Source: Enterobacteriaceae bacterium 4M9 | GTDB taxonomy: Bacteria; Pseudomonadota; Gammaproteobacteria; Enterobacterales; Enterobacteriaceae | Direction: 5' to 3' | Length of the DNA stretch: 40,000 bases | Assembly (NCBI GenBank): GCA_010092695.1 | Contig: JAADJJ010000001.1 | Coordinates: forward strand, 2,074,286-2,114,285 | Shown here: positions 10,570-19,742 of the stretch, in pieces | How positions within the stretch are numbered: position 1 is the first letter of the stretch | How the letters are laid out: each line of letters starts with the position of its first letter | Translations under genes and position numbers: made by a program | The notes under the pieces: model-generated | The model's input: the letters and a program-made list of their open reading frames with translations, nothing else | Databases searched by the model: none | Told to the model about the DNA's origin: nothing

Positions 10570-11792
10570 AGGTTGGATTTTTCCTGCTGAAGTTTCCGCT
10601 TGCTTCCGAAACTTTTGTGCTTAACCAGATAGTGGCATTCATCGAAATGGGGTATGAGGTGGAAATCGTCGCCTTGCATAAGGGCGATTTGCATAATACT
10701 CACCAGGCATTTGAGCAGTACAACCTGGCGCAAAAAACCACCTGGCTTCTGAACGAACCTGAACGTCGGGCAGCAAAACTACGTTCACGGGCCAGGGCCA
10801 CGCTCGGCGGGCTAACGCGCGCCCGCACCTGGCGCGCGCTGAACGCGGCGCGCTACGGCGACGAAGCCCGTAACCTGATTCTTTCTGCTATTTGTGCCCA
10901 GCATGCAAAGCCGTTTCACGCCGATGTGTTTATTGCTCACTTTGGCCCGGCCGGCGTCACTGCGGCGAAGCTTCGTGAACTTGGGCTACTGCACGGCAAA
11001 ATTGCCACGGTATTTCACGGCATTGATGTCTCTCACCGCGACGCGCTCGCACGCTACACCCCGGAATACCAAAAGTTGTTTAATCGTGGCGACCTCATGC
11101 TGCCGATTAGCGAACTGTGGGCCAGTCGTTTGCAGCAAATGGGCTGCCCGCCGGAGAAAATCGCGGTATCGCGTATGGGGGTTGATATGGATAAGTTCGC
11201 CATGCGTCGCCAGAAAACAGCAGGCGAGACGCTGAATATGATTTCGGTCGCGCGTTTGACTGAGAAGAAGGGACTGCACGTGGCGATTGAAGCCTGTCGT
11301 CTGTTGAAAACGCGTGGCGTGAGCTTTCGCTATCACATCCTGGGCATTGGGCCGTGGGAGCGCCGTTTACGTACCATGATTGAACAGTTTCAGCTGGAAG
11401 ATTGCGTGGTCATGCCAGGTTTTAAGCCCAGCCACGAGGTCAAGGCAATGCTTGATGACGCAGACTTGTTTTTGCTGCCCTCGGTGACCGGTGCTGACGG
11501 TGATATGGAAGGCATTCCGGTTGCGTTGATGGAGGCCATGGCAGTCGGTATTCCGGTCATTTCTACCGTGCACAGCGGTATCCCTGAGTTAATTGACGCC
11601 GACCGCGAAGGGTGGCTGGTGCCAGAATATGACGCGCAGGCGTTGGCCTCACGGCTGCAGAGTTTCGCAACGGTGGAGCAGGGCGAACTGGCCTCGATGC
11701 TGCGGTGTGCCCGTAGCAAGGTCGAAAGTGAGTTTAACCAGCACTATATCTACCGCCAGTTGGCTGGGCTTTTGCAAAAGCTTGTGGCCTGA
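10566..11792 (+). CDS. wcaL: Colanic acid glycosyltransferase WcaL (GT4)
   Basis: 408 aa. ATGA overlap with wcaK. GT4 C-terminal motif ([22 protein letters not shown]). Position matches E. coli wcaL. Confidence 0.9.
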   Translation: MKVGFFLLKFPLASETFVLNQIVAFIEMGYEVEIVALHKGDLHNTHQAFEQYNLAQKTTWLLNEPERRAAKLRSRARATLGGLTRARTWRALNAARYGDEARNLILSAICAQHAKPFHADVFIAHFGPAGVTAAKLRELGLLHGKIATVFHGIDVSHRDALARYTPEYQKLFNRGDLMLPISELWASRLQQMGCPPEKIAVSRMGVDMDKFAMRRQKTAGETLNMISVARLTEKKGLHVAIEACRLLKTRGVSFRYHILGIGPWERRLRTMIEQFQLEDCVVMPGFKPSHEVKAMLDDADLFLLPSVTGADGDMEGIPVALMEAMAVGIPVISTVHSGIPELIDADREGWLVPEYDAQALASRLQSFATVEQGELASMLRCARSKVESEFNQHYIYRQLAGLLQKLVA

Positions 11793-11845
11793 GCGCCCAT
11801 AAACTGAAGCCGCGCGGGCGTCATGTTCGCGTCAAAAGAGGTTTT

Positions 11846-13264
11846 ATGCGCGATATCGAAAAAACATCATCTATTTCTCGCCGTGGTTTGTTGCGTTTGG
11901 GGTCCGCACTGGCTGCTCTGCCGCTATTTACTATTCCCCTTGCTCGCGCTCTGGAACACCGTGGTGAAGTGAATATCAACACCTATTATCAGGGTGACTG
12001 GATAGCTGCATTTAAGCAGGCATTTAATGAGGCTGACGTGGTGGTGGTCCCTGCCGGGCTGGTGGTCGATAAGGTGAATACCGGGATTTTTATCCCGGCG
12101 GGGAAAACGCTGAAGGTGAGCGGCGGCATTAAAGGCAACGGGCGTGGACGCTTTGTCTTACAGGATGGCTGTAAAGTGCTGGGTGCCAACGGCGGGCGAA
12201 TCAATAATATTACCCTCGATGTGCGTGGCTCGGACTGTGAAATTCGCAACCTTGATATCAGCGGTAGCGTCCCGGTTACGCTCATTTATATTGGGGGCAA
12301 GCAAAAGCGCGTAATGCGCAATTTACTCATAGATAATATTACCGCCCATGATGCTAATTACGCCATTCTGCGCCAGGGGTTCCATAACCAGCTTAACGGT
12401 GTGCGCATCACCAACAGCCGCTTTAGCCGCCTGCAGGGCGATGCCATTGAGTGGAACGTGGCAATCAACGATAAAGACATCCTCATCTCAGACCACGTGA
12501 TTGAAGATATCAACTGCACCAACGGCAAGATTAACTGGGGTATCGGTATTGGACTTGCCGGCAGCACTTACGATAATTGCTACCCGGAACAGCAGACGGT
12601 AAAAAATTTTGTGGTGGCTAACATCACCGGGCGTAACTGCCGACAACTGGTGCACGTCGAAAACGGCAAGCATTTTATTATTCGTAATATTACGGCGCAC
12701 AATATTACGCCAGAATTTAGCAAGAGCGCCGGAATTGATAACGCTACGGTCGCAATTTATGGTTGTGATAATTTCGTAATAGATAATGTTAATATGACTA
12801 ATAGTGCTGGAATGTTGATCGGTTATGGGACGGTAAAAGGGAAGTATCTGTCCATACCGCAAAATTTCCGAATTAACCAGGTAGTGCTGGATAATAAAAC
12901 ACTGCCTTATAAAATTCGTGGGTTGCAAATATCTGCCGGTAACCAGACTTCGTTTGTTGCGCTTACGAATATCCGTCTGAGACACGCGAGCCTGGAGTTG
13001 CACAACCGGCCGCAGCATCTGTTCTTGCGCAACGTGGACGTGATGCAGACAGCAGCGCGTGGGCCTGCGCTGAAGCTGAACTTTGATCTGCGTAACGATG
13101 TCCGTGGTCATTTTATGGCGAAAAAAGACACACTTTTGTCAATGGAAAATATCAACGCAGTCAATGAACATGGGCAAAGCTCAGTGGATGTGGATTATAT
13201 CGGCCAGCAGATTGTGAATATGGAAAAAGTGAATTTTTCGGCGCCTTATCAGCATAAACCATGA
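11846..13264 (+). CDS. wcaM: Colanic acid biosynthesis protein WcaM (Tat-signal, right-handed beta-helix repeat protein)
   Basis: 472 aa, last gene before galF as in E. coli. The N-terminus [27 protein letters not shown]|LE looks like a twin-arginine signal with an AxA cleavage site. The body contains repeated I/V-x-N-I/V-T type beta-helix rungs. Confidence 0.88.
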   Translation: MRDIEKTSSISRRGLLRLGSALAALPLFTIPLARALEHRGEVNINTYYQGDWIAAFKQAFNEADVVVVPAGLVVDKVNTGIFIPAGKTLKVSGGIKGNGRGRFVLQDGCKVLGANGGRINNITLDVRGSDCEIRNLDISGSVPVTLIYIGGKQKRVMRNLLIDNITAHDANYAILRQGFHNQLNGVRITNSRFSRLQGDAIEWNVAINDKDILISDHVIEDINCTNGKINWGIGIGLAGSTYDNCYPEQQTVKNFVVANITGRNCRQLVHVENGKHFIIRNITAHNITPEFSKSAGIDNATVAIYGCDNFVIDNVNMTNSAGMLIGYGTVKGKYLSIPQNFRINQVVLDNKTLPYKIRGLQISAGNQTSFVALTNIRLRHASLELHNRPQHLFLRNVDVMQTAARGPALKLNFDLRNDVRGHFMAKKDTLLSMENINAVNEHGQSSVDVDYIGQQIVNMEKVNFSAPYQHKP

Positions 13265-13400
13265 ACCTATGATACGTTTTTGCGCCCATTTTCCTGAGGA
13301 TTCTGTAGTCATATTGCGGATTTTTCTTATTAGCTAACTTATAAAAACGTTTATAAAACTGTGGTTATCAAATCATGCTGGCTTCAGTGCGTGAAAAGGC

Positions 13401-13406
13401 TATAAT
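13401..13406 (+). promoter_or_regulatory. Candidate -10 hexamer for galF
   Basis: Perfect TATAAT in the AT-rich wcaM-galF spacer, 30 nt upstream of the galF ATG. No convincing -35 at 16-18 nt (best TGGCTT), so this is weakly supported. Confidence 0.3.
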
Positions 13407-13435
13407 TCACCAATTATTGAGAGGTGGGATTGAAC

Positions 13436-14329
13436 ATGATTAATTTAAAAGCAGTCATCCCGGTCGCTGGTCTCGGTATGCATATGTTGCCTGCGACGAA
13501 GGCAATACCCAAAGAGATGCTTCCGATAGTCGACAAACCGATGATTCAGTACATCGTCGATGAGATTGTGGCTGCAGGTATCAAAGAGATCGTGCTGGTG
13601 ACACATTCTTCCAAGAATGCGGTAGAAAACCACTTCGATACATCTTATGAGCTGGAGTCGCTGCTGGAGCAGCGTGTTAAACGTCAGTTATTGGCAGAAG
13701 TCAAAAGCATTTGCCCGCCCGGCGTTACGATTATGAACGTACGCCAGGCGCAACCACTGGGGCTGGGGCATTCCATCTTGTGTGCGCGCCCGTCCGTGGG
13801 TGATAATCCGTTTGTTGTGGTATTGCCTGACATCATTTTGGATAGTGCGAGCGCCGATCCGTTGCGCTACAATCTGGCTGCTATGGTGGCCCGCTTTGAA
13901 GAAACCGGGCGTAGCCAGGTGCTGGCAAAGCGTATGCCGGGTGAACTCTCTGAGTATTCGGTCATTACCACCGGGCAAGCGCTAGAGAATGAAGGGCAGG
14001 TAGAGCGTATTATCGACTTTATCGAAAAGCCTGATGAGCCGCAGACGCTGGACTCAGATTTAATGGCGGTAGGCCGCTATGTTTTATCGGCAGATATCTG
14101 GCAGGAGCTGGAGAAAACCGAGCCGGGCGCCTGGGGGCGCATTCAGCTGACCGACGCGATTGCAGCGCTGAACAAAAAACAGCCTGTAGAAGCCATGCTG
14201 ATGACCGGTAAAAGCTATGACTGTGGCAAAAAAATGGGCTACATGCAGGCATTTGTGAACTACGGTTTGCGTAATCTCAAGGAAGGGCAGAAATTTCGTG
14301 AAGGGATCGAGAAACTACTGGCAAAATAG
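13436..14329 (+). CDS. galF: UTP-glucose-1-phosphate uridylyltransferase paralog GalF
   Basis: The track ORF starts at GTG 13424. ATG 13436 ([52 protein letters not shown]...) gives 297 aa, as in E. coli GalF, and is near-identical over long stretches. GAGG Shine-Dalgarno at 13421-13424. Confidence 0.96.
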   Translation: MINLKAVIPVAGLGMHMLPATKAIPKEMLPIVDKPMIQYIVDEIVAAGIKEIVLVTHSSKNAVENHFDTSYELESLLEQRVKRQLLAEVKSICPPGVTIMNVRQAQPLGLGHSILCARPSVGDNPFVVVLPDIILDSASADPLRYNLAAMVARFEETGRSQVLAKRMPGELSEYSVITTGQALENEGQVERIIDFIEKPDEPQTLDSDLMAVGRYVLSADIWQELEKTEPGAWGRIQLTDAIAALNKKQPVEAMLMTGKSYDCGKKMGYMQAFVNYGLRNLKEGQKFREGIEKLLAK

Positions 14330-14357
14330 GTACCAGGGCGGTACTTGTTGTGCCTGA

Positions 14358-14407
14358 CAAAACGGCAGACGCGGATCGGGGAAAACCCGATGCGGGCTGC
14401 CGTTTTG
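14358..14407 (+). terminator. Long imperfect hairpin downstream of galF (probable galF/cps terminator)
   Basis: Outer arms CAAAACGGCAG (14358-14368) and CTGCCGTTTTG (14397-14407) form 11 perfect bp. They enclose an inner ATCGGG/CCCGAT stem. The A-run/T-run lies inside the arms, giving a bidirectional-terminator-like architecture. Confidence 0.55.
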
Positions 14408-14570
14408 CCATATATGGATACAAGGGACTGAGATTGTTGGCTATAGCAAACGAAGATTAATTCGTTGAGCCGGCGGGCAATTTACCTATGTTTAGTGGCT
14501 CGTTTCCTTTGCCACTGGTATCACAACATGAGGAAGGATAGCCGTTTCCTGGGTAGTGCAGATTTACTGT

Positions 14571-14609
14571 CAGTGTACTGGTAGCTGTGGAGCCAGGGGC
14601 GGTAGCGTG
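14571..14609 (+). promoter_or_regulatory. JUMPstart element with ops site (RfaH-dependent antitermination signal)
   Basis: CAGTGTACTGGTAGCTGTGGAGCCAGGGGCGGTAGCGTG closely matches the 39-bp JUMPstart consensus found upstream of enterobacterial O-antigen operons. The ops core GGCGGTAGCGTG is at 14598-14609, 25 nt before the first O-antigen gene. Confidence 0.9.
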
Positions 14610-14633
14610 GGTATTCAATAATAAGGGTAAAAG

Positions 14634-15029
14634 ATGAAGCGGATAATAACGTTTGGTACTTTTGATGTGTTTCATATTGGGCACATTAACATACTTGAAA
14701 GAGCTAAAGAACTTGGTGATTTTTTGATAGTAGGCGTATCATCTGACCAGCTAAATTATAATAAAAAGAATCGCTACCCAATCTACAATCAACAAGATCG
14801 AGTAAAAATAATTTCCTCTTTAAAGTTTGTCGACCTCGTTTTTATTGAAGAGTCCTTAGAGTTAAAACTAGAATATATTAAGCAATTTGAGGCTGATTTG
14901 CTGGTTATGGGTAATGACTGGGAGGGCCGTTTTGATTGGGTTAAACCCGATTGTGATGTTGCTTACTTACCCAGAACTCCATCGATATCAACGACTGAAA
15001 TTATTGAGGTTGTCAAATCAATAAAATGA
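14634..15029 (+). CDS. tagD: Glycerol-3-phosphate cytidylyltransferase (CDP-glycerol synthesis)
   Basis: 131 aa. The TFGTFDVFHIGHINILERAKELGDFLIV (HxGH) and MGNDWEGRFDW...VAYLPRTPSISTTEI blocks are colinear with B. subtilis TagD (129 aa). Confidence 0.9.
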   Translation: MKRIITFGTFDVFHIGHINILERAKELGDFLIVGVSSDQLNYNKKNRYPIYNQQDRVKIISSLKFVDLVFIEESLELKLEYIKQFEADLLVMGNDWEGRFDWVKPDCDVAYLPRTPSISTTEIIEVVKSIK

Positions 15030-16189
15030 AGGGATTAATTAAATATTTAACTCGCTTAGCTAAACGGTTATTGTCTTTCTTTTCTTATCTTATACCCAAA
15101 AAAAATAATCGCATTTTTTTTAAGAGTAAACCTGATTATTCAGGAAATTGTAAGGCAGTAAGTGATTATATCGTTGCAAATAAACTTGATTATGAAATTA
15201 TCTGGTCTGTTAAAGAAATAAACAAAAGCAATACGTTCATTAGTGTAGAAAGTGGTTCGTTTAAATCTTTATATTACTACTTAACCAGTAAGTTTATAAT
15301 GACCACTCATAATGAGATGATAGGAATTGCTGCAAAAAATCAAATTTATATAAGTCTCTGGCATGGTATGCCACTGAAAAAAATCTGTTATTTAGGCGAA
15401 TTTGATTATTTGGGTATGGAAGATTATTCCTCAAAGCGAATAGCAACATCTGAGTTAATGCGATCTGTCATATCTGCTTGTTTTCGTGAAAAAGCGAATA
15501 ATGTCTATGTTACAGGTCAACCTCGTAACGATTATCTTTTTTCACCTGTTGCGCTATCATCATTAGCAATTGAGGCCCGAAAGGATGATAAAATACTACT
15601 TTACATACCAACTTTCAGGCAAAACAATGAGGATCGCAGATACTCCGATGGAAAAGGTATAGATCATAATAATTTCTTACGAGTAAATGATTTTGATCTC
15701 GAATCTCTTGATAAATTTCTGAGCGAAAATAAAATTCATTTGCTTTTAAAGCTTCATCCATATGAAGAAGTGTATTTCAAAAATAAAAAATCATTAACCC
15801 CAAATATCACTGTTATTGATTCAGAAAACTTGGCTTCTAAAAATATCGATCTTAATCAATTGTTGCCATCTGTTGATTGTTTAATTACCGATTATTCTTC
15901 AGTATATTTTGACTATCTAATTCTTAATAAACCACTGATTTTTCTTGTTCCTGACTTAATTGATTATGGGCATTCTCGTGGAGGCTTTACACTTGAGCCA
16001 TTTGAGTTTTGGACTCCAGGCAATAAAGTAAGTTCACAGCATCAATTAATAGCTGCAATTAATGAAGCTATATTTGGTGATGATGAATATATCAACTTTC
16101 GTACGGAAATTAATAGGGTTATTAATCATTACCAGGATGGCAACAGTAGCAAACGTGTTGTCGAATTTTTTTTGGAGAAAAATAAATGA
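15026..16189 (+). CDS. CDP-glycerol glycerophosphotransferase, TagB/TagF family
   Basis: 387 aa with family blocks SLWHGMPLKK, VTGQPRNDYLF, LYIPTFRQ and LITDYSSVYFDYLILNKPLIF. ATGA coupling to tagD upstream and to the next gene downstream. Confidence 0.85.
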   Translation: MKGLIKYLTRLAKRLLSFFSYLIPKKNNRIFFKSKPDYSGNCKAVSDYIVANKLDYEIIWSVKEINKSNTFISVESGSFKSLYYYLTSKFIMTTHNEMIGIAAKNQIYISLWHGMPLKKICYLGEFDYLGMEDYSSKRIATSELMRSVISACFREKANNVYVTGQPRNDYLFSPVALSSLAIEARKDDKILLYIPTFRQNNEDRRYSDGKGIDHNNFLRVNDFDLESLDKFLSENKIHLLLKLHPYEEVYFKNKKSLTPNITVIDSENLASKNIDLNQLLPSVDCLITDYSSVYFDYLILNKPLIFLVPDLIDYGHSRGGFTLEPFEFWTPGNKVSSQHQLIAAINEAIFGDDEYINFRTEINRVINHYQDGNSSKRVVEFFLEKNK

Positions 16190-17286
16190 AGCTCTTCCTG
16201 TTCCTGGGAGACTTAGCATCAAATGGTGGGATTGAGCGAGTAACTATTTCTCTGGCAAACGCATTATCACATCATTATGATGTCACTATAGTAAGTCTAT
16301 ACAATAGTGGTAAAAATCAGGCATTTGATATTAATGGAAATGTTAATGTCATTTATATTAATGATAGCAATGAAATAAGCATGTACAACAGAAAGTTGGG
16401 GCTTATTAATGGTGTGCTGTTTGATTTATATTATCTGTGCAAAAAGAAAAGACAAATAACTAAAAAGTTAAGAGATCATATTCATCATAATGATATTATC
16501 ATTTCATGTGATGTGAAAATGACATGCCTGCTTTATGGTTTTAGCAAAGAAAAACAGACCAAATTGGTTGCTATAGAACACTTCGAACATGATATTGGTA
16601 ATCCTTTATTAATTAAGCTCAAGAAAGTTCTTTACCGCAAGATTAGTGCTGTTGTGTCTTTAACTCCAGAGGATAATGATAAATATTGTTGGATGGATTT
16701 ACAAAAGCACTGGGTTATACCCAATATTGTACTTCCCCCTTCTGATACAGATATCACGAACAAGAAAAAAAATGTTGCTTTGGCTATCGGGCGTCTTACT
16801 CACCAGAAAGGTTTCGACTTATTATTGCATGCATGGTCGGGTGCGAATACCAATGGTTGGGAACTAAGGATAATTGGTGATGGAGAGGATAAAGAATTTT
16901 TAACTAAGCTGGCTGAAAAGCTTGAGATTTCAAATGTAACGTTTGTGCCCTTCCAGAAGAAAATTTCACAACAATTCAGTGAGTCACGGGTATTTATATT
17001 ATCATCAAGATATGAAGGATTAGGTATGGTACTGCTCGAAGCATTATCATATGGTCTTGCATGTATTAGTTTTGCATGTCCAGCTGGCCCCGCGACTATT
17101 TTGTCTAAAAATAATGGAATACTTGTACCTGCAGATGATGTTCAACAAATGTCTCGAGAACTGACATCATTATTGCAAAATGAAGACACTTTAACTAAAT
17201 TTGAAAAAGATGCCAGCAATTCTATTACTGACTATCTGGAAGCTGGTGTTGTCAAAAAATGGGAGGAGTTATTGAGTGTTATTTAA
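16186..17286 (+). CDS. Glycosyltransferase, GT4 (group 1) family
   Basis: 366 aa. N-terminal GGIERVTISLANALS, GRLTHQKGFDLLL, and the E-x7-E region SSRYEGLGMVLLEALSYGLACIS. Confidence 0.85.
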   Translation: MKLFLFLGDLASNGGIERVTISLANALSHHYDVTIVSLYNSGKNQAFDINGNVNVIYINDSNEISMYNRKLGLINGVLFDLYYLCKKKRQITKKLRDHIHHNDIIISCDVKMTCLLYGFSKEKQTKLVAIEHFEHDIGNPLLIKLKKVLYRKISAVVSLTPEDNDKYCWMDLQKHWVIPNIVLPPSDTDITNKKKNVALAIGRLTHQKGFDLLLHAWSGANTNGWELRIIGDGEDKEFLTKLAEKLEISNVTFVPFQKKISQQFSESRVFILSSRYEGLGMVLLEALSYGLACISFACPAGPATILSKNNGILVPADDVQQMSRELTSLLQNEDTLTKFEKDASNSITDYLEAGVVKKWEELLSVI

Positions 17287-18333
17287 AAAAAATAAAAAGT
17301 ATGAATTTTTATTCATAACTAACCTTCCTAGCTTTTATAAAGTAAACCTTTTTAATGAATTAAGTAAGAAAATACACATAAAGGTATTGTTTATATCAGA
17401 TAAATCAATCATTAGAAATGAGGATTTTTATGGTAAGGAGTTGTTATTTGATTACGAAATTATTACAACTATACCTTATGAAAGCAGAAATTATTTATTA
17501 GTCGCATTTAGGTTGTTTAAAGCGATTTTCACGACAAAATATAAAAAAATTGTATATTCAGGATGGGAAAGCAAAGAGCTTATTTTTTTTCCATTTATTA
17601 CGGCCAAAAGTAAAAATAGTATCGTTATCGAGAGTAGTATTCTTGAAACAAAGGCTACAGGGATTTACTGGATTTTAAAAAAGTCCATCATTAACAGAAT
17701 GAGTTATGCATTCCCTTCGGGTTCCTTACAGAATAAAATTTTAGATAAAGCAGGCTTTAAAGGCAAAGTACTTATTACTCATGGCGTAGGTATTTCGAAT
17801 TTTCAAAAAAAAATGTAGCAGCGATAAAAAATGTTATAGCAAAAAATGGAAATCTAAAGTTTTTATATGTCGGTCGTCTGTCGAGAGAAAAGAATTTAAG
17901 TATATTAATAGAGGTTTTTAACCAAACTCAACACCGATTAATTATTGCTGGAAGTGGCGAAGAACTCGCTATATTAAAAGATAAAGCAACAAACAACGTT
18001 ACGTTTTTAGGCTATGTAGATAATAAATCTCTGGTGGAAATCTATGCAGAGTGCGATTGCTTTGTATTGCCATCGTTGTCCGAACCATGGGGATTAGTTG
18101 TTGAAGAAGCATTATCTATGGGATTGCCTGTCATTGTAAGTGATAAGGTTGGCTGTTATGAAGATATGGTAAATGTTCACAACGGTATTATTTTTGATGC
18201 AACAGATCCAAATTCATTGCTTCTGGCCATAAATAATATGGCGGAAAATATTGATAGTTTTAAAGCTGGTGCCGCTATATATGAACCTTTAGAAAATCAA
18301 CAAAAGCAGCTAGCAGCTTATCTGGAAGTTTAA
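17276..18333 (+). pseudogene. GT4 glycosyltransferase interrupted by a frameshift in an A9 run
   Basis: N-terminal half: GTG 17276 to TAG 17816-17818 (180 aa). The C-terminal half is in another frame, open from 17761 to 18333. It encodes ...KFLYVGRLSREKNLSILIEVF...LGYVDNKSLVEIYAECDCFVLPSLSEPWGLVVEEALSMGLPVIVSD..., a canonical GT4 C-domain with E-x7-E. The two frames overlap only across A9 at 17805-17813. A10 or A7 would give one 352-aa protein. Confidence 0.85.
17805..17813 (+). repeat. A9 homopolymer at the frameshift site
   Basis: Read directly: tttc-aaaaaaaaa-tgtag. Confidence 0.99.
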
Positions 18334-18334
18334 A

Positions 18335-19735
18335 ATGACAGATAAAAATAAAACGCTCAATGATTTTTTCAAATATTTTGCTGGAGATCTTTTTGTAAAG
18401 GGGTTTATGTTTATATCCCTACCATTACTTTCAAGGGTGATGAGTCCTGATGACTATGGTAAAATGTCATTACTTAATGCGGCCATAATGATTCTGTATG
18501 TATTTATTAGCCTTAATTTACAGAATGCTGTCATTAATTCTTTCATGAAAAATGATGTGGATTTTCCTCGCTATTTAGGGACAATTATTATTGGACTTGT
18601 CCCGACACAGCTTTTTTTAGTGTTACTTTGCCCATTTTATGCACCTTACATCGCTCCTTTACTAAGTATATCGGTGGCTGATCTTTATTGGGTATTAGCT
18701 ATATGCATTATGCTCAGTTATATATATATATATACTAGTTACTTGCAAGGGGCTCGTTTAAGTAGTGAGTTTGTAAAGTTGAATGCTATTAGTAAAATAA
18801 TTGAAATATTTCTTATTTTTTTGATAGCTTACTTGCTGTTGCATAACAAATATTTATCAAAAGTGTATGCACAGATTATAGTGAATATTTTTGTTTTTAT
18901 TTATATCTTCAGAAAGATAAGGGAAATTGCTACTTTCGAATTCGATAAAGCTTATTTTAAAATGGCAATGATGTTCAGTGTACCTTTGATGGTGCATGTC
19001 CTTTCTAATTCTTTGCTTTCTCAGGCTGATAGGCTCATTATCAGCAAACTCATGGGGGATTATTCAGCGGGAATTTATTCTTTTTCATATAATCTGGGAA
19101 TGTGTGTAATAATCATTATCACTGCATGGAATTCTTCATGGCAACCTAAACTCTATTCGCTCATAAATGCCAATGCAAAAAAAGATATTTGTAGAGTGAT
19201 ATATAGTAGTAGTGTTATTGTCGCAATATTAAGTTTCTTTGCTATTCTTTTTTCCAAAGAAATCGTGATTATACTTGCAGATCGTGCTTATCATGATGCC
19301 ATAAATATTATTCCAGTGATTATTTTTGGTAATGCATTAATTCATGTCTATCTAAGTTATGTAAATTTCACATTTTTCCATAAAAAAACAATGTGGGTAT
19401 CGTTAGGTACGTTGATGGCTCTCTTAGTCAACATTGTATTAAATTATATGCTTATACCAATTTACGGTATCACTGGAGCCGCTTGGGCTACTGTTGGGGC
19501 TTATTTTCTGTTGGCATTTTTCCAATATTTAATATCTAAATATGTTATTAAAGAAAATCCATTGTCAATTCTTTTGCTTATCATATACAGCACGTTTTTT
19601 ATGACTGCCTTGTATGTATCTATAGAAGTTAATAAGCTTGATATTGTCCATGCTGTTACAATTAAAATAATAATAAGCGTTGTTATATTGGTGTTGCTTT
19701 ATAAATCTAAAATTTACAACCTGATTAAGGTTTAA
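18335..19735 (+). CDS. wzx: O-antigen flippase Wzx (MOP superfamily)
   Basis: 466 aa, highly hydrophobic multi-TM protein. The N-terminus FAGDLFVKGFMFISLPLLSRVMSPDDYGKMSLLNA is typical of the polysaccharide-biosynthesis (Wzx) family. Located in the AT-rich O-antigen cluster. Confidence 0.85.
   Translation: MTDKNKTLNDFFKYFAGDLFVKGFMFISLPLLSRVMSPDDYGKMSLLNAAIMILYVFISLNLQNAVINSFMKNDVDFPRYLGTIIIGLVPTQLFLVLLCPFYAPYIAPLLSISVADLYWVLAICIMLSYIYIYTSYLQGARLSSEFVKLNAISKIIEIFLIFLIAYLLLHNKYLSKVYAQIIVNIFVFIYIFRKIREIATFEFDKAYFKMAMMFSVPLMVHVLSNSLLSQADRLIISKLMGDYSAGIYSFSYNLGMCVIIIITAWNSSWQPKLYSLINANAKKDICRVIYSSSVIVAILSFFAILFSKEIVIILADRAYHDAINIIPVIIFGNALIHVYLSYVNFTFFHKKTMWVSLGTLMALLVNIVLNYMLIPIYGITGAAWATVGAYFLLAFFQYLISKYVIKENPLSILLLIIYSTFFMTALYVSIEVNKLDIVHAVTIKIIISVVILVLLYKSKIYNLIKV
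18719..18734 (+). repeat. (TA)8 dinucleotide repeat inside wzx
   Basis: tatatatatatatata, in frame, coding YIYIY. Confidence 0.99.
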
Positions 19736-19742
19736 TACATCT

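Noticed and set aside
12488-13111. 207-aa - strand ORF, antisense to wcaM
   Set aside because: A shadow ORF. The sense frame carries the signal peptide and the beta-helix repeats.
14457-14684. 75-aa - strand ORF in the galF/O-antigen spacer
   Set aside because: It runs antisense through the JUMPstart/ops element and into the tagD start. It has no ribosome-binding site or family resemblance. The region is better explained as the promoter/leader of the O-antigen operon.
17819-18033. An apparently non-coding 215-nt gap between two small ORFs in the O-antigen cluster
   Set aside because: It is not intergenic. It is fully open in the frame of the downstream ORF and encodes the middle of a GT4 glycosyltransferase (see the frameshift finding).
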